The position numbers and the translations under genes were made by a program. A DNA stretch of 64,000 nucleotides from Gammaproteobacteria bacterium. Lineage in GTDB: Bacteria; Pseudomonadota; Gammaproteobacteria; 21-64-14. Below, in pieces: positions 1 through 13,259 of this stretch. Position 1 is the first letter of the stretch. The number at the start of each line of letters is the position of its first letter. The notes under the pieces are model-generated. The model was not told the DNA's origin. It was given only the letters and a program-made list of their open reading frames with translations, and did not search any database. Location of the stretch: positions 192,556-256,555 of the forward strand of contig JALUXX010000011.1 of NCBI GenBank assembly GCA_027013145.1. Reading direction: 5' to 3'.

Positions 1-144
1 GTCGAGCTTCTTCTTGAGCGTCGCGGCGACGTCGATCTCCGTGAGCACGCCGAAGCCCTCGCCCTTGAGCGCCTCGGTCACCCGCTCGACCGCCTGATCG
101 AACGACAGCGCCACCGACTTTCCGAATCCGTAGGGTTTGCCCAT
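1..144 (-). CDS. DUF302-family protein (5' part; runs off the window start)
   Basis: Hand translation from ATG 144: [48 protein letters not shown], the typical DUF302 N-terminus. AAGGAGG SD upstream. Confidence 0.8.
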   Translation of the reverse strand, partial: MGKPYGFGKSVALSFDQAVERVTEALKGEGFGVLTEIDVAATLKKKLD

Positions 145-185
145 TTCGCAGTCCTCCTTGCGCGGCGCCCGGGTGCGGGCGCCGG

Positions 186-1936
<1,751 letters not shown>

Positions 1937-1943
1937 GACGGCG

Positions 1944-2786
1944 GTGGCGGACGCGGCGCCGGGGCGCTACGCGGTCTTCGGCAACCCGATCGCGCACAGC
2001 CGCTCGCCGTGGATCCATCGCCGCTTCGCGGCGCAGACCGGACGCCGCGTCGACTACGAGGCCATCCTGGCGCCGCGGGATGGTTTCGCCGCGGCGCTCG
2101 AGGCCTTCCACCGCGCCGGCGGGCGCGGCGCCAACGTCACGCTGCCCTTCAAGGAGGAGGCGTGGCGGCTCGCCGACGAGTGCAGCGCGCGGGCGCGCCG
2201 GGCGCGGGCCGTCAACACCCTCGTGCTGCGCGCCGACGGCACGCGCTTCGGCGACAACACCGACGGCGCGGGGCTGTTGCGCGACCTCAGCGTCAATCTC
2301 GGCCTCGAGCTGGCCGGGGGCCGCATCCTGCTCCTCGGTGCGGGCGGTGCGGCGCGGGGCGTGCTGGGTCCGCTGCTGGAGGCCGGACCGGCGCGGGTGC
2401 ACATCGCCAACCGCACCGCGGAGCGGGCGCGCGCCCTGGCCGGGGAGTTCGCCCCCTCCGGGGCGGTCTCGGCGGGAGGGCTCGACGCGCTGCCGCAGGG
2501 CCCCTTCGACCTGGTCCTGAACGCGACCTCGGCCGGCGTCGGCGGCACCCTGCCGCCCCTGCCCCCCGGCCGCTGGGCCGCGGGCGCCTTCTGCTACGAC
2601 CTCGCCTACGGGCCGGCGGCGCGCCCGTTCCTCGACTGGGCCAAAGCGCAGGGCGCGCGCGACGCGAGCGACGGCACCGGGATGCTGGTGGAGCAGGCCG
2701 CCGAGTCGTTCGCCCTCTGGCACGGGGTGCGCCCGCAGACCACGGAGATCATCGCGGCGTTGCGGCGCGGGATGCCGGCGGTCTGA
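1944..2786 (+). CDS. aroE: Shikimate dehydrogenase
   Basis: GNPIAHSRSP, GANVTLPFK, NTDG, GAGGAARG, MLVEQAAESF. Confidence 0.96.
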   Translation: MADAAPGRYAVFGNPIAHSRSPWIHRRFAAQTGRRVDYEAILAPRDGFAAALEAFHRAGGRGANVTLPFKEEAWRLADECSARARRARAVNTLVLRADGTRFGDNTDGAGLLRDLSVNLGLELAGGRILLLGAGGAARGVLGPLLEAGPARVHIANRTAERARALAGEFAPSGAVSAGGLDALPQGPFDLVLNATSAGVGGTLPPLPPGRWAAGAFCYDLAYGPAARPFLDWAKAQGARDASDGTGMLVEQAAESFALWHGVRPQTTEIIAALRRGMPAV

Positions 2787-2803
2787 CCGGTACGATACCC
2801 GAA

Positions 2804-3346
2804 TCAGGTCGCGGATCGGGCCTGGCGGTGGCGCTCCTTGAGCGTGACGTAATGGCGCGCGGAGTATTCGAGGAACTCGAGCTCCTCGCGGCGCAGGCGC
2901 CGCACGCGCCGCACCGGGCTGCCCAGCCACAGCCACCCGCCCTCGAGGCGGCGCCCCGGCGGCACCACGCTGCCGGCGCCGACCAGGCAGCGGGCGCCGA
3001 CCACGGCCCCGTCCATGATCACGCTGCCCATGCCGATCAGCGCGCCGTCTTCGATGGTGCAGGCGTGCAGGATCGCGCGGTGGCCGACGGTGACGCCGTC
3101 GCCGACGCGCACGCCCAGTCCCCCCGGACAGTAGCCGCTGTCGTGCGTCACGTGCAGCACGGAGCCGTCCTGGATGTTCGTCTCCGCCCCGATCCGGATG
3201 GCCTGGATGTCGCCGCGCGCGACCGCCGTCGGCCACAGGGAGCTGTCGCGGCCGATCACCACGTCGCCGATCACGACGGCCGCGGGATCCACGTAGGCGG
3301 TCGCGTCGACGGCGGGCAGACGGTCCTCGAAGGCGCGGATCGGCAT
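2804..3346 (-). CDS. Gamma carbonic anhydrase family protein (YrdA/PaaY-like hexapeptide repeat)
   Basis: TNIQDGSVLH, VTVGHRAILHAC; left-handed beta-helix pattern. Confidence 0.92.
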   Translation of the reverse strand: MPIRAFEDRLPAVDATAYVDPAAVVIGDVVIGRDSSLWPTAVARGDIQAIRIGAETNIQDGSVLHVTHDSGYCPGGLGVRVGDGVTVGHRAILHACTIEDGALIGMGSVIMDGAVVGARCLVGAGSVVPPGRRLEGGWLWLGSPVRRVRRLRREELEFLEYSARHYVTLKERHRQARSAT

Positions 3347-3356
3347 CGCCGCGGAC

Positions 3357-4712
3357 TCAGCGCAGGGTGACGAGCTCTTCGGCGCTGGTGGGATGGATCG
3401 CCACGGTGTCGTCGAAGTCGCGCTTCGTCGCGCCCATGCGGATGGCGACGGCGAAGCCCTGGAGCATCTCGTCGGCGCCGGGCCCGATGATGTGGCAGCC
3501 GACGATCTTCTCGCGCGCGCCGACCGTGATCAGCTTCATGCACGCCTGGTGGCGCGCCTTCATCGGGGCGTAGTACATCGGCGTGAAACAGCTCTGGTAG
3601 ACTTTGACGGCGTCGCCGTGGGTCGCGCGCGCCTGCTCCTCGGTGAGTCCGACGGTACCGATCGGCGGGTGGCTGAAGACCACGGTCGGGATGTTCTCGT
3701 AGGGCAGGTGCCGGTCGGGCATGGCGCCGAACAGGCGGTCGGCCAGGCGCCGGCCGGCGGCGATCGCGACCGGGGTGAGCGCCGCGCGACCGGTGATGTC
3801 GCCGAGCGCGTAGACCCCCTCCACGTTGGTATTCTGAAAGGCGTCGACCGGGATGAAGCCGCGTTCGTCGACCGCCACGCCGGCGGATTCGAGCCCGAGT
3901 CCGGCGCTGTTGGGGCGGCGCCCGATCGCCCAGATGATGCGGTCGAAACCGGTCAGGACCTCGCCGTCCCGGCACAGGAGATCGAGGGTGCCGTCGGCGG
4001 CGCGGCGCACCGAACCGGCCTGGGAACGGGGCACGACGTTGACGCCCGCGTTGATCATCTCCTCCATCAGCGTCTCGCGCAGCATCGCATCGAAACTGCG
4101 CAGGAACTGCTCGCGGCGCAACAGCAGGGTGACCTCGCTGCCGAGCGCATTGAGGATACCGGCGAGTTCCACCGCGATGTAGCCCGCGCCGACCACGGCC
4201 GCGCGTCGCGGCAACGCCTCCATTTCGAAGAAACCGTCGGAGGTGATACCCAGCTCCGCGCCCGGCAGCTCCGGGACCACCGGCGAGCCGCCCGCGGCGA
4301 TCGCCACGTGCGCGGCCCGGTAGCGCTCCCCCCCGACTTCGACGGTATGGGCGTCGACGAACCGGGCGCGGCCGGGGATCAGATCGATGTCCGAGTCCGC
4401 CAGGTAGGTGCGGTACCAGCCGTTGATGCCGCGTATGTACGCCTCGCGCTGCGCGCGCAGCGCGGCGTAATCGCAATCGGCGGCGGCGGCGGGGAAACCG
4501 TAGGCGGGCGCGTCCCCCAGGGTGCGGGCGATCTCGGCCGCGAACCACATCACCTTCTTCGGCACGCAGCCGCGGTTGACGCAGGTTCCGCCGAGCGCCT
4601 CGGCGTCCGCTTCGACGACGGCGCAGCGGGCGCCGTGGGCGGCGGCGCGTTCCGCCACCGACAGGCCCCCGCTGCCGGCACCGATCGCCAGCAGGTCATA
4701 GCTCTTCGCCAT
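3357..4712 (-). CDS. gor: Glutathione-disulfide reductase
   Basis: [13 protein letters not shown] redox motif, GAGYIAVE, C-terminal [10 protein letters not shown]. Confidence 0.96.
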   Translation of the reverse strand: MAKSYDLLAIGAGSGGLSVAERAAAHGARCAVVEADAEALGGTCVNRGCVPKKVMWFAAEIARTLGDAPAYGFPAAAADCDYAALRAQREAYIRGINGWYRTYLADSDIDLIPGRARFVDAHTVEVGGERYRAAHVAIAAGGSPVVPELPGAELGITSDGFFEMEALPRRAAVVGAGYIAVELAGILNALGSEVTLLLRREQFLRSFDAMLRETLMEEMINAGVNVVPRSQAGSVRRAADGTLDLLCRDGEVLTGFDRIIWAIGRRPNSAGLGLESAGVAVDERGFIPVDAFQNTNVEGVYALGDITGRAALTPVAIAAGRRLADRLFGAMPDRHLPYENIPTVVFSHPPIGTVGLTEEQARATHGDAVKVYQSCFTPMYYAPMKARHQACMKLITVGAREKIVGCHIIGPGADEMLQGFAVAIRMGATKRDFDDTVAIHPTSAEELVTLR

Positions 4713-4823
4713 CGTCTCGATTCCCTGATCGTGGAATGGGTGCAAGCCCCGCCCGGCGCGGGGGGCGCGACCGACTATGTTAGATTATCCGCCGTCTGGC
4801 AAGCGCCGCGCACGGGGCCCCGC

Positions 4824-6902
4824 ATGGAACGACCCACCGAGACGAATCCGCTGCTCGAGATCCACGCCCTCCCGGCGTTCTCGCGCATCCGCGCCGAACA
4901 CGTCGTGCCGGCGGTCGAGCGGGTCCTGGCCGAGAACCGCGCGGCCATCGCGGACCTGACCGGCCGGGCCGGCGGGTCCGACTTCGAGGCGATCGTGGTC
5001 CCGCTCGAGGAACTCGACGACCGGCTCAACCGCGTCTGGTCGCCCGCGTCCCACCTCAACGCGGTCCTCGACGGCGAGGCGATGCGCGCGGCCTACCACG
5101 AGTGCCTGCCCAAGCTCAGCGACTACGCCGCGGAGCTGGGACAGAACGAGGCTTTGCACCGAGCCTATCGAACCCTCAGCGAGGCGCCGGATTTCGCCGC
5201 CTGGCCCGCGGAACGGCGCAAGATCGTCACCGACGCGCTGCGCGACTTCCGCCTCTCCGGGATCGAGCTCGACGCCGCGGGCCGCGCGCGCTATCGGGAC
5301 CTGCAGCAGGAACTCTCCCGCCTGACGAGCCGTTTTCAGGACAACGTGCTCGACGCCACGCACGCGTGGAAGAAGCACATCACGGACGAATCCCGCCTCG
5401 CCGGCCTGCCCGAGTCGGCGCGCGAGCTGGCGGCGCAGACGGCACGGCGCGACGGGCTCGAGGGCTGGCTGCTGACGCTGGAGTTCCCATCCTATCTCCC
5501 CGTCGTGACCTACGCGGAGGAGCGCGATTTGCGCCGCGAGGTCTATGAGGCCTATGTCACGCGCGCCTCGGATCTGGGCCCGCACGCCGGGCGCTGGGAC
5601 AACACCGAGGTCATGGACCGCATCCTCGGGCTGCGCCACGAACTCGCGGTCCTGCTGGGATTCGGAAACTACGCCGAATACTCCCTGGCAACCAAGATGG
5701 CGCACGAGCCGCGGCGGGTGCTCGAGTTCCTCGGCGATCTGGCCGCGCGCGCCGTCCCCCGCGCGCGCGAGGAGTTCGCCGAGCTTAGCGAGTTCGCCCG
5801 CGGGCGCCACGGCGCTGCCGCCCTGGAGGCCTGGGATACGGCCTACTACGCCGAGAAGCTGCGGCACGAGCGCTATGAGATCACTCAGGAGGAGTTGCGC
5901 CCCTACTTCCCCGAGCCGCGCGTGCTGGAAGGCATGTTCGATCTGGTCGGGCGCCTCTACGGGATCCGCATCCGCCGTATCGACGGCGCCGACGTCTGGC
6001 ACCCGGACGTGCGCTTCTACGAGATCCGCGGCGAGGACGGCTCGGTGCGCGGCCACTTCTACACCGACCTCTACGCGCGCCCCGGCAAACGCGGCGGGGC
6101 GTGGATGGACGAATGCCGCAACCGCAAGCACCTCGGCGCGGACCTGCAGACCCCGGTGGCACACCTGGTGTGCAATTTCTCCCCGCCGGTGGGCGACGCG
6201 CCGGCGCTGCTCACGCACGAGGAGGTCCTGACGCTGTTCCACGAGTTCGGGCACGGCCTGCACCACCTGCTCACGCGCGTGGACTACCCGAGCGTCGCCG
6301 GCATCAACGGGGTCCCCTGGGACGCGGTCGAACTGCCGAGCCAGTTCATGGAGAACTGGGGCTGGGAGCGGGCGGTGCTCGAGCGCATCGCCGTGCATTA
6401 CCGCACCGGCGCGCCGCTGCCCGAGTCGCTCTACCGGCGCATGCTGGCGGCGCGCAACTTCCATTCGGCGATGCACATGGTGCGCCAGCTCGAGTTTGCG
6501 CTGTTCGACTTCCGCATCCACCTCGAGCACGATCCGGAGGCCGGGCCGCGGATCTACGAGACCCTCGCCGAGGTGCGCCGGCAGGTGGCGGTGGTGCCGA
6601 CCGCGCCGTTCAACCGCTTCGCCCACTCCTTCACGCACATCTTCGCGGGCGGCTACGCCGCCGGCTATTACAGCTATCTGTGGGCGGAGGTGCTGTCCGC
6701 GGACGTGTTCTCCGCCTTCGAGGAGCGCGGCGGCATCGACGCGCAGACCGGTCGGCGCCTGCTCGCGACCGTGCTCGAGCGCGGCGGCTCGCGCGAGCCG
6801 ATGGACCTGTTCCGGGAGTTTCGCGGGCGCGAGCCGACCATCGACGCGCTGTTGCGGCACACCGGCCTCGCCGGGGGCGCCTCGCACGGGGCGGGGGCGT
6901 GA
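4824..6902 (+). CDS. prlC: Oligopeptidase A (M3 peptidase)
   Basis: NPLL N-terminus, HEFGHGLHH zinc motif, [16 protein letters not shown]. The ORF extension upstream of 4824 is antisense to gor. Confidence 0.96.
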   Translation: MERPTETNPLLEIHALPAFSRIRAEHVVPAVERVLAENRAAIADLTGRAGGSDFEAIVVPLEELDDRLNRVWSPASHLNAVLDGEAMRAAYHECLPKLSDYAAELGQNEALHRAYRTLSEAPDFAAWPAERRKIVTDALRDFRLSGIELDAAGRARYRDLQQELSRLTSRFQDNVLDATHAWKKHITDESRLAGLPESARELAAQTARRDGLEGWLLTLEFPSYLPVVTYAEERDLRREVYEAYVTRASDLGPHAGRWDNTEVMDRILGLRHELAVLLGFGNYAEYSLATKMAHEPRRVLEFLGDLAARAVPRAREEFAELSEFARGRHGAAALEAWDTAYYAEKLRHERYEITQEELRPYFPEPRVLEGMFDLVGRLYGIRIRRIDGADVWHPDVRFYEIRGEDGSVRGHFYTDLYARPGKRGGAWMDECRNRKHLGADLQTPVAHLVCNFSPPVGDAPALLTHEEVLTLFHEFGHGLHHLLTRVDYPSVAGINGVPWDAVELPSQFMENWGWERAVLERIAVHYRTGAPLPESLYRRMLAARNFHSAMHMVRQLEFALFDFRIHLEHDPEAGPRIYETLAEVRRQVAVVPTAPFNRFAHSFTHIFAGGYAAGYYSYLWAEVLSADVFSAFEERGGIDAQTGRRLLATVLERGGSREPMDLFREFRGREPTIDALLRHTGLAGGASHGAGA

Positions 6903-6945
6903 GTCGCGCCGCGGATCCGGGCCCGCGGCCGCCGGGGCGCGCGCG

Positions 6946-7755
6946 GTGAAGATCGCCTCCTGGAACGTGAACTCGCTGCGCGTGCGTCTGCCCCACGTGC
7001 TGCGCTGGCTCGAGGACGCGGCGCCCGACGTGGTGGGCCTGCAGGAGACCAAGCTGCCGGACGAGCGTTTCCCCGCCGCCGAGTTCGAGGCCGCGGGCTA
7101 TCGCGTCCTGTATTCGGGGCAGGCGACCTACAACGGCGTCGCCCTGCTCGCACGCGCGCCGCTCGAGGGCGCGGTGACCGGGCTCGAGGGCATGGAGGAC
7201 CCGCAACGGCGCGTGCTCGCCGCGACCTGCGCCGGGGTGCGGGTCTGGAACCTCTATGTCCCCAACGGCCAGGACGTCGACTCGGACAAGTACGCCTACA
7301 AGCTCGCCTGGCTCGAGCGCCTCGCCGACACGCTGGCGGCCGACCTGCGCCGCCACCCCGATCTGGTGGCGCTCGGCGATTTCAACATCGCCCCCGAGGA
7401 CCGCGACGTCCACGACCCCGAGCGCTGGCGCGGGCGGGTGCTGTGCTCGGAGCCCGAGCGCGCCGCCTTCCGCCGCCTGCTCGATCTCGGGCTGTGCGAC
7501 ACCTTCCGGCGCTTCGACCAGCCCGAGGCGCTGTTCAGTTGGTGGGACTACCGCGCCGCGGCCTTCCGGCGCAATCTCGGGCTGCGGATCGACCACATCC
7601 TCGCCAGCCCGTCGATGTGCGCCCGCTGCACCGCGGCGCACATCGACACGGGGCCGCGTGCCTGGGAACGCCCGTCCGACCATGCGCCGGTGGTGGCCGA
7701 GTTCGACCTCGGAGCCGGGACGGGCGGGTCCCCGGCCGGCGGGAAGGGGTCGTGA
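6946..7755 (+). CDS. xth: Exodeoxyribonuclease III
   Basis: [29 protein letters not shown]. Confidence 0.95.
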   Translation: MKIASWNVNSLRVRLPHVLRWLEDAAPDVVGLQETKLPDERFPAAEFEAAGYRVLYSGQATYNGVALLARAPLEGAVTGLEGMEDPQRRVLAATCAGVRVWNLYVPNGQDVDSDKYAYKLAWLERLADTLAADLRRHPDLVALGDFNIAPEDRDVHDPERWRGRVLCSEPERAAFRRLLDLGLCDTFRRFDQPEALFSWWDYRAAAFRRNLGLRIDHILASPSMCARCTAAHIDTGPRAWERPSDHAPVVAEFDLGAGTGGSPAGGKGS

Positions 7756-7775
7756 GCGACGGAGGGCGACCGGCG

Positions 7776-9251
7776 GTGCGCTATACCGATCTGAGGGACT
7801 TCATCGATGCGCTGGAGCGGCGCGGCGAGCTGCGCCGCATCGGCGTCGAGGTCGACCCGCGCCTGGAGATGACCGAGATCTGCGACCGCACCCTGCGGCG
7901 GGGTGGTCCGGCGCTGCTCTTCGAGCGCCCCAAGGGGCACACGATCCCGGTGCTGGCGAACCTGTTCGGGACACCGGAGCGCGTTGCCCTGGGCATGGGA
8001 CAGGAGTCGGTCGCGGCGCTGCGCGAGGTCGGCCGGCTGCTGGCCACCCTCAAGGAGCCGGAGGCGCCGGAGGGGGTGCGCGCGGCCTGGCGCCAGCTCC
8101 CGGTGTTCAAGCAGGTGCTCAACATGGCCCCGCGCACCGTCCGCGACGCCCCCTGCCGCCGCCACGTCCACGAGGGCGGGGACGTGGACCTGGGGATGCT
8201 GCCGGTGCAGACCTGCTGGCCCGAGGACGCCGGCCCGCTGATCACCTGGGCCCTGGTGATCACCCGCGGCCCGCACCGCACGCGCCACAACCTCGGCATC
8301 TACCGCCAGCAGGTGATCGGTCGCAACCGCCTCATCATGCGCTGGCTCGCCCATCGCGGCGGGGCGCTCGATTACGCCGAGTGGCGCGCCGCGCATCCGG
8401 GCGAACCGTTCCCGGTCGCCGTCGCGCTCGGCGCCGACCCGGCCACCATCCTCGGTGCGGTGACCCCGGTACCGGACACGCTCTCGGAGTACGCCTTCGC
8501 CGGCCTGCTGCGCGGGGCGCGTACCGAGCTGGTGCGCTGCATCACCCACGACCTGATGGTCCCGGCGAGCGCGGAGTTTGTGCTCGAGGGCTGGATCCAC
8601 CCCGACGACACCGCGCCCGAGGGGCCCTTCGGCGACCATACGGGCTATTACAACGAGGTCGAGACCTTTCCCGTGTTCACCGTCGAGCGCATCACGCACC
8701 GCGCCGCGCCGATCTACCACAGCACCTACACCGGCCGCCCGCCGGACGAGCCGGCGGTGCTGGGCGCGGCGCTCAACGAGGTCTTCGTCCCCATCCTGCA
8801 GAAGCAGTTTCCCGAGATCACCGACTTCTATCTGCCGCCGGAGGGCTGTTCCTACCGCTTCGCGGTGGTCACGATCCGTAAGCAGTATCCGGGCCACGCC
8901 AAGCGCATCCTCTTCGGCGTATGGTCCTTCCTGCGCCAGTTCATGTACACCAAGTTCGTCGTGGTGACCGACGACGACGTCGACGCCCGCGACTGGAAGG
9001 ACGTCATTTGGGCCCTGTCCACGCGCATGGACCCGGTGCGCGACACGGTCCTGGTGGACCACACCCCCATCGACTACCTCGATTTCGCCTCGCCGGTCGC
9101 CGGACTCGGCGGCAAGATCGGCTTCGACGCCACCCACAAGTGGCCCGGGGAGACGCAACGCGCCTGGGGTCGGCCGATCCGCATGGACGCCGAGGTGCGC
9201 CGGCGCGTGGACGCGATGTGGTCCTCCCTCGGGATCTTCGAGGAGCCCTGA
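7776..9251 (+). CDS. ubiD: 4-hydroxy-3-polyprenylbenzoate decarboxylase
   Basis: [37 protein letters not shown]. Alternative GTG start at 7752. Confidence 0.96.
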   Translation: MRYTDLRDFIDALERRGELRRIGVEVDPRLEMTEICDRTLRRGGPALLFERPKGHTIPVLANLFGTPERVALGMGQESVAALREVGRLLATLKEPEAPEGVRAAWRQLPVFKQVLNMAPRTVRDAPCRRHVHEGGDVDLGMLPVQTCWPEDAGPLITWALVITRGPHRTRHNLGIYRQQVIGRNRLIMRWLAHRGGALDYAEWRAAHPGEPFPVAVALGADPATILGAVTPVPDTLSEYAFAGLLRGARTELVRCITHDLMVPASAEFVLEGWIHPDDTAPEGPFGDHTGYYNEVETFPVFTVERITHRAAPIYHSTYTGRPPDEPAVLGAALNEVFVPILQKQFPEITDFYLPPEGCSYRFAVVTIRKQYPGHAKRILFGVWSFLRQFMYTKFVVVTDDDVDARDWKDVIWALSTRMDPVRDTVLVDHTPIDYLDFASPVAGLGGKIGFDATHKWPGETQRAWGRPIRMDAEVRRRVDAMWSSLGIFEEP

Positions 9252-9278
9252 GCGGCGCATCGCGCCACGGTGCCGGAT

Positions 9279-9306
9279 TTCAGCGCTGCGCGTCGTCTGC
9301 CGACAA
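9279..9306 (+). promoter_or_regulatory. Putative sigma28 (FliA)-like promoter for the ParA-like gene
   Basis: TTCAG-N15-GCCGACAA in the intergenic gap; same geometry as the sites in the msh locus. Confidence 0.4.
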
Positions 9307-9371
9307 CCCGATCGGGGCCGCTCCGCAGTCGACCGCCGGGGCGGGACGCGGCGGTTTGGGGAGCGGTAGGG

Positions 9372-10010
9372 ATGCGCAGGATTCTGGTGCTGGACGCCCA
9401 AGGCGGCAGCGGGAAGAGCACGATCGCGACGAACCTGGCCGGGTTCTACGCCGTGGAGGGCGCCAACGTGGCCCTCGCGGACTTCGACCCGCGCGGCGTC
9501 GCGCTCGACTGGGCGGCGCGGCGCCCGCGGGCGCGCCCGCGCGTGCGCGCCATCGCCGCCGCAGCCGGGCCGTTCCGGGCGCCCCGCGGCACCGAGTACC
9601 TGATCATGGACGGCCCGGCGGGGGCGCACGGAGACGCGCTCGCGGCGCTGGTACGCCGCGGCGCCACCCTCCTCGTCCCGGTCCTGCCGGCGGCGGCGGC
9701 GGTACGCGCGGCGGCGCATTTCGTCGAGGAACTGCTGCTGGTCGGACGCGTCTCGCGCCGCGACCCGCACCTGGCGGTGGTCGCCAATCGCGTCCCGTCC
9801 GACGACGAACCCTTGCGCGGGCTCGAACGCTTCCTCGGACGGCTCGGCATCCCCTACGCCGCCACGCTGCGCGAGAGCGGAAACTACCGCCGCGCGGCGG
9901 ACAGCGGCCTCAGCCTGTTCGAACTCGCCCCCTCGCTCTCCGCGGCCGACCGGGAGCGGTGGCAACCGCTGCTGAACTGGCTGGAACGCGGGCGCCGGCG
10001 CGTCTGCTGA
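9372..10010 (+). CDS. Orphan ParA/MinD-family ATPase with deviant Walker A
   Basis: RILVLDAQGGSGKSTIATNLA, DFDPRG, IMDGPAG, VVANRV. Confidence 0.85.
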   Translation: MRRILVLDAQGGSGKSTIATNLAGFYAVEGANVALADFDPRGVALDWAARRPRARPRVRAIAAAAGPFRAPRGTEYLIMDGPAGAHGDALAALVRRGATLLVPVLPAAAAVRAAAHFVEELLLVGRVSRRDPHLAVVANRVPSDDEPLRGLERFLGRLGIPYAATLRESGNYRRAADSGLSLFELAPSLSAADRERWQPLLNWLERGRRRVC

Positions 10011-10016
10011 GCCGGC

Positions 10017-10886
10017 TCACGGCACCGCGATACAAGCGGGCAGGCCCGCCTCGAGGTCGGGGTAGCGCAGCTCGACGCCGAGTTCCTCGCGCAGGCGCCG
10101 GTTGTCGAGGCGGCGCGACTCTTCGAGATAGGAACGCATCGCGGCGCCGATGGCCCGGTCGGCCTCGGCGCGGGGAACCACCGGCGGGCGCGGCATCCCG
10201 AGGAGGTCGGCGACGCGGAAGAAGTAATCCGTCAGCGTGCTCGGGTGGCCGTCGGCGGCGTTGTACACCCGGCCGGGACGGCCGCGTTCGATCGCCGCGA
10301 GGCAGGCGGCGGCCAGGTCGACGGCGTGGATGCGATTGCTGAACGGCGAATCCTCCGGGCGCAACAGCGGCAGGCCGCGGCGGATGCGCTCGACCGGCAG
10401 GCGCCCGGGACCGTAGATCCCGGGCACGCGCAGGATCACGGCGGCGACGCCGCGGCGCCCGCACCAGCGGCCCAGTGCACGTTCGGCGGCGTAACGCCGG
10501 CGGGCGCGCGCGGTGCGCGGGGCCGGCGGCCGGTCCTCGTCGACCCAAGCCCCGCCGCAGTCGCCGTACACGCCGCTCGTGCTGATATAGACGAAACGCG
10601 CCGGCGGCGCGGGTTCGAGCAGGTGCAGCAGGGCCTCGACGCGGGGGTCGTGCGTCCCCGCGGCCGGGGGCGGGACGAGGCAGATCACCGTATCCGCACC
10701 GGCGATGCGCAGGTCCGGGTCCGGGGCGTCCAGATCGGCGCGCACTACCTCCACACCGCGCGCGGCGAGCGCCCCGGCGCGCCGGTCGGAACGCACGAGC
10801 GCACGCACCTGGTCGCCGCGCGCGAGCAGTGCGTCGGCGACGCGCCCACCGATGTCGCCGCAGCCGGCGATCAGCACACGGTTCAC
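10017..10886 (-). CDS. NAD-dependent epimerase/dehydratase (SDR, YeeZ-like)
   Basis: GCGDIG Rossmann motif, YISTSGVYG, LRVPGIYGPGR, NRIH. Confidence 0.9.
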   Translation of the reverse strand: MNRVLIAGCGDIGGRVADALLARGDQVRALVRSDRRAGALAARGVEVVRADLDAPDPDLRIAGADTVICLVPPPAAGTHDPRVEALLHLLEPAPPARFVYISTSGVYGDCGGAWVDEDRPPAPRTARARRRYAAERALGRWCGRRGVAAVILRVPGIYGPGRLPVERIRRGLPLLRPEDSPFSNRIHAVDLAAACLAAIERGRPGRVYNAADGHPSTLTDYFFRVADLLGMPRPPVVPRAEADRAIGAAMRSYLEESRRLDNRRLREELGVELRYPDLEAGLPACIAVP

Positions 10887-10947
10887 GGGTTTTTCCCGCC
10901 GGAGGAATCGGGGAGAATGTGGCCGGTGTTCACGGGGACTCCAAACG

Positions 10948-11985
10948 ATGGCATACCGGGTCAGCGTACAACCGAGCGGGCATGAATTCGAGGTCGAGGA
11001 CGGCGAGACCGTCCTCGAGGCGGCGCTGCGCGAGGGCTTCGCCTTCCCCTACGGCTGCCGCAACGGCGCCTGCGGGAGCTGCCGCGGGCGCATCGTCGCG
11101 GGTACGGTCGACTACCGCGGACCGCTCCCGCCCGGCATCAGCCCCGAAGAGGCGGCGCAGGGCGACGCCCTGTTCTGCAGTGCGTACCCGGAGTCGGACC
11201 TGGTCATCGAGATGCGCGAGATCGGCGCCGCCAAGGACATCGTCGTCAAGACGCTGCCGTGCCGGGTCGCGCGCATGGAGCGGCTGGCGCCCGATGTGAT
11301 GCGCCTCCTGCTCAAGCTGCCGGCGACCGAGCGGCTGCAGTTCCTCGCCGGGCAATATCTCGACATCCTGCTGCGCGACGGCGGCCGGCGCTCGTTCTCC
11401 CTCGCCAACGCCCCGCACGACGACGAACTCCTCGAGCTGCACGTGCGCCACGTGGAAGGGGGGCGCTTCAGCGGGCAGGTCTTCACGGCCATGAAGGAGA
11501 AGGCGCTGCTGCGCTTCCAGGGACCGCTCGGCAGCTTCTTCCTGCGCGAGGACTCCGGGCGCCCGATCCTCATGATGGGCGGCGGCACCGGTTTCGCACC
11601 GCTCAAGGGGATGCTCGAACACGCCTTCCACGAGGGCATCGACCGCCCCATCCACCTTTTCCGGGGCGCGCGTACGCGGGCCGACCTCTACCTCCACGAT
11701 CTCGTCCTCGACTGGGCCGGACGCTACCCGAACTTCCGCTACACCCCGGTACTCTCGGCGGCCGAACCCGGGGACGAGTGGGAGGGGCGGCGCGGCTTCG
11801 TGCACGAGGCCCTCATCGAGGCCTACCCCGACCTCGGCGACTACGAGGTCTACATGAGCGGTCCGCCGCCGATGATCCAGGCCGCGCGACGCGCCTTCAA
11901 GGAACACGGCCTGCCCGACGAGCATCTCTACTACGATTCGTTCGAACCGGCGCGCGATTCGCGCCCGAGCGCCGCTTCGGGGTGA
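10948..11985 (+). CDS. 2Fe-2S ferredoxin/FAD-NAD oxidoreductase (CDP-6-deoxy-delta-3,4-glucoseen reductase family)
   Basis: CRNGACGSC cluster motif, RSFSLAN, GGTGFAP, YMSGPPPM. Confidence 0.9.
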   Translation: MAYRVSVQPSGHEFEVEDGETVLEAALREGFAFPYGCRNGACGSCRGRIVAGTVDYRGPLPPGISPEEAAQGDALFCSAYPESDLVIEMREIGAAKDIVVKTLPCRVARMERLAPDVMRLLLKLPATERLQFLAGQYLDILLRDGGRRSFSLANAPHDDELLELHVRHVEGGRFSGQVFTAMKEKALLRFQGPLGSFFLREDSGRPILMMGGGTGFAPLKGMLEHAFHEGIDRPIHLFRGARTRADLYLHDLVLDWAGRYPNFRYTPVLSAAEPGDEWEGRRGFVHEALIEAYPDLGDYEVYMSGPPPMIQAARRAFKEHGLPDEHLYYDSFEPARDSRPSAASG

Positions 11986-11999
11986 GGCGCGGCCGCCGT

Positions 12000-13259
12000 T
12001 CAGGAGGCGGCGCGCACTCCCGCAGGCGGTGGCGCGGAGACCGCGGGGGCGGGCCCGGGCCCGGGCAGGCGCGGCCCGGTCCCGACCGCGAGTTCGAGCC
12101 CTTTGCGAAAGTGCGTGCGGGCGGCCTCGTGCTCGCCGAGCTGTTCCAGCAGACCACCGAGTTCCTGGTGTGCGGCCGCCGTGGGCGCGGCGCCGAGGCT
12201 CGCCTCGAGATAGCTGCGGGCCTTGCCCCACAGCCGGTTGCGCAGGCACAGCCGTCCCAGCGCGAGCAGCAGCACGGGGTCGCGCTCGTGCCCGGGCAGC
12301 CAGGCCTCGGCGTACTGAAGCTGCCGGCCGGGATCGGACCCCGCCAGGGTGCCGTAACACTCCACCAGCGGTTCGCTCCACCCGTGCCGCAAGGCCTCGC
12401 GCACGAGCGGTTCGGCCTCCGCCTCGGCGCCCAGGCCGCGCAGCCGCCGGACGTAGGCGGCGAGCAGTTCCGCATCGCGCTGCAGCCGCCGCGGCATCCG
12501 CGCCCGCGCCGCACGCAGTCGCGCGAGATCACCGCTGCGCGCGGCCGCCTCGATGAGCGCGCCGTACGCGCGCCGTTCCAGCTCCGCGGCGCGTTCCGCG
12601 TCGATGACTCCGCGCCGGCGCAGTTGCGGCAGCAGGTCGAGGAGGTGGTCCCACTCGCCGAGGTCGACGTACAGCGTCGTCAACAGCTTGAGCACCTGCG
12701 GGTGGCGCGGCGCGAGCGCGCGCAGGTGGGTGAGCGTGGCCAGCGCCTGCTCGTGCTGGCGCGCGGCCATCTGCAGTTCGGCCTGCGTCAATCCGATCGC
12801 GACGTCCGCTTCCGGCATGCTCTCGTGGGCCGCGGCGAGATACCGGTCGCGGCGCTCGCCGGCCCCCTGGAGCTGGGCGGCGCGCGCCGCGCCCAGATAG
12901 TGGAGCACCGGCGCATCGGTGTTGGCGGCGGAGCGCAGCAGCGTGCGCTCGGCCTCCTCCCAGCGCCCCTCCGCGAGCTGCAACAGGCCGCGAGTGAGCG
13001 CCGCACGCGTGCGCGCCGCACGCCGGCGTTCCTGCCAGCCCCGCACCCGTGCGGGAAGATGACGCGCGCCGGCGACCGCCCGCAACAGTCCGTAGAGCAC
13101 CGCGAAGGCGGCGACCAGCCCCACCAGCACCAGCGACAGCGCGACCTCGATGCGCCAGTGCCCGAGGGCGATCACTACGTAGCCCGGATGCTGCAGCACG
13201 AACACCGCGCCGGCGACCGCGGCCACCAGCGCCGCGAGCACGATGAGCAGCAACTTCAT
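12000..13259 (-). CDS. hemY: HemY-family membrane/TPR protein
   Basis: N-terminal TM, PGYVVI, TPR helices, LWGKARSYLEAS; position after hemX. Confidence 0.9.
   Translation of the reverse strand: MKLLLIVLAALVAAVAGAVFVLQHPGYVVIALGHWRIEVALSLVLVGLVAAFAVLYGLLRAVAGARHLPARVRGWQERRRAARTRAALTRGLLQLAEGRWEEAERTLLRSAANTDAPVLHYLGAARAAQLQGAGERRDRYLAAAHESMPEADVAIGLTQAELQMAARQHEQALATLTHLRALAPRHPQVLKLLTTLYVDLGEWDHLLDLLPQLRRRGVIDAERAAELERRAYGALIEAAARSGDLARLRAARARMPRRLQRDAELLAAYVRRLRGLGAEAEAEPLVREALRHGWSEPLVECYGTLAGSDPGRQLQYAEAWLPGHERDPVLLLALGRLCLRNRLWGKARSYLEASLGAAPTAAAHQELGGLLEQLGEHEAARTHFRKGLELAVGTGPRLPGPGPAPAVSAPPPAGVRAAS

Noticed and set aside
3393..4823. Apparent 477-aa N-terminal extension of PrlC
   Set aside because: It is the antisense frame of gor; the family N-terminus (NPLL) begins just after ATG 4824.
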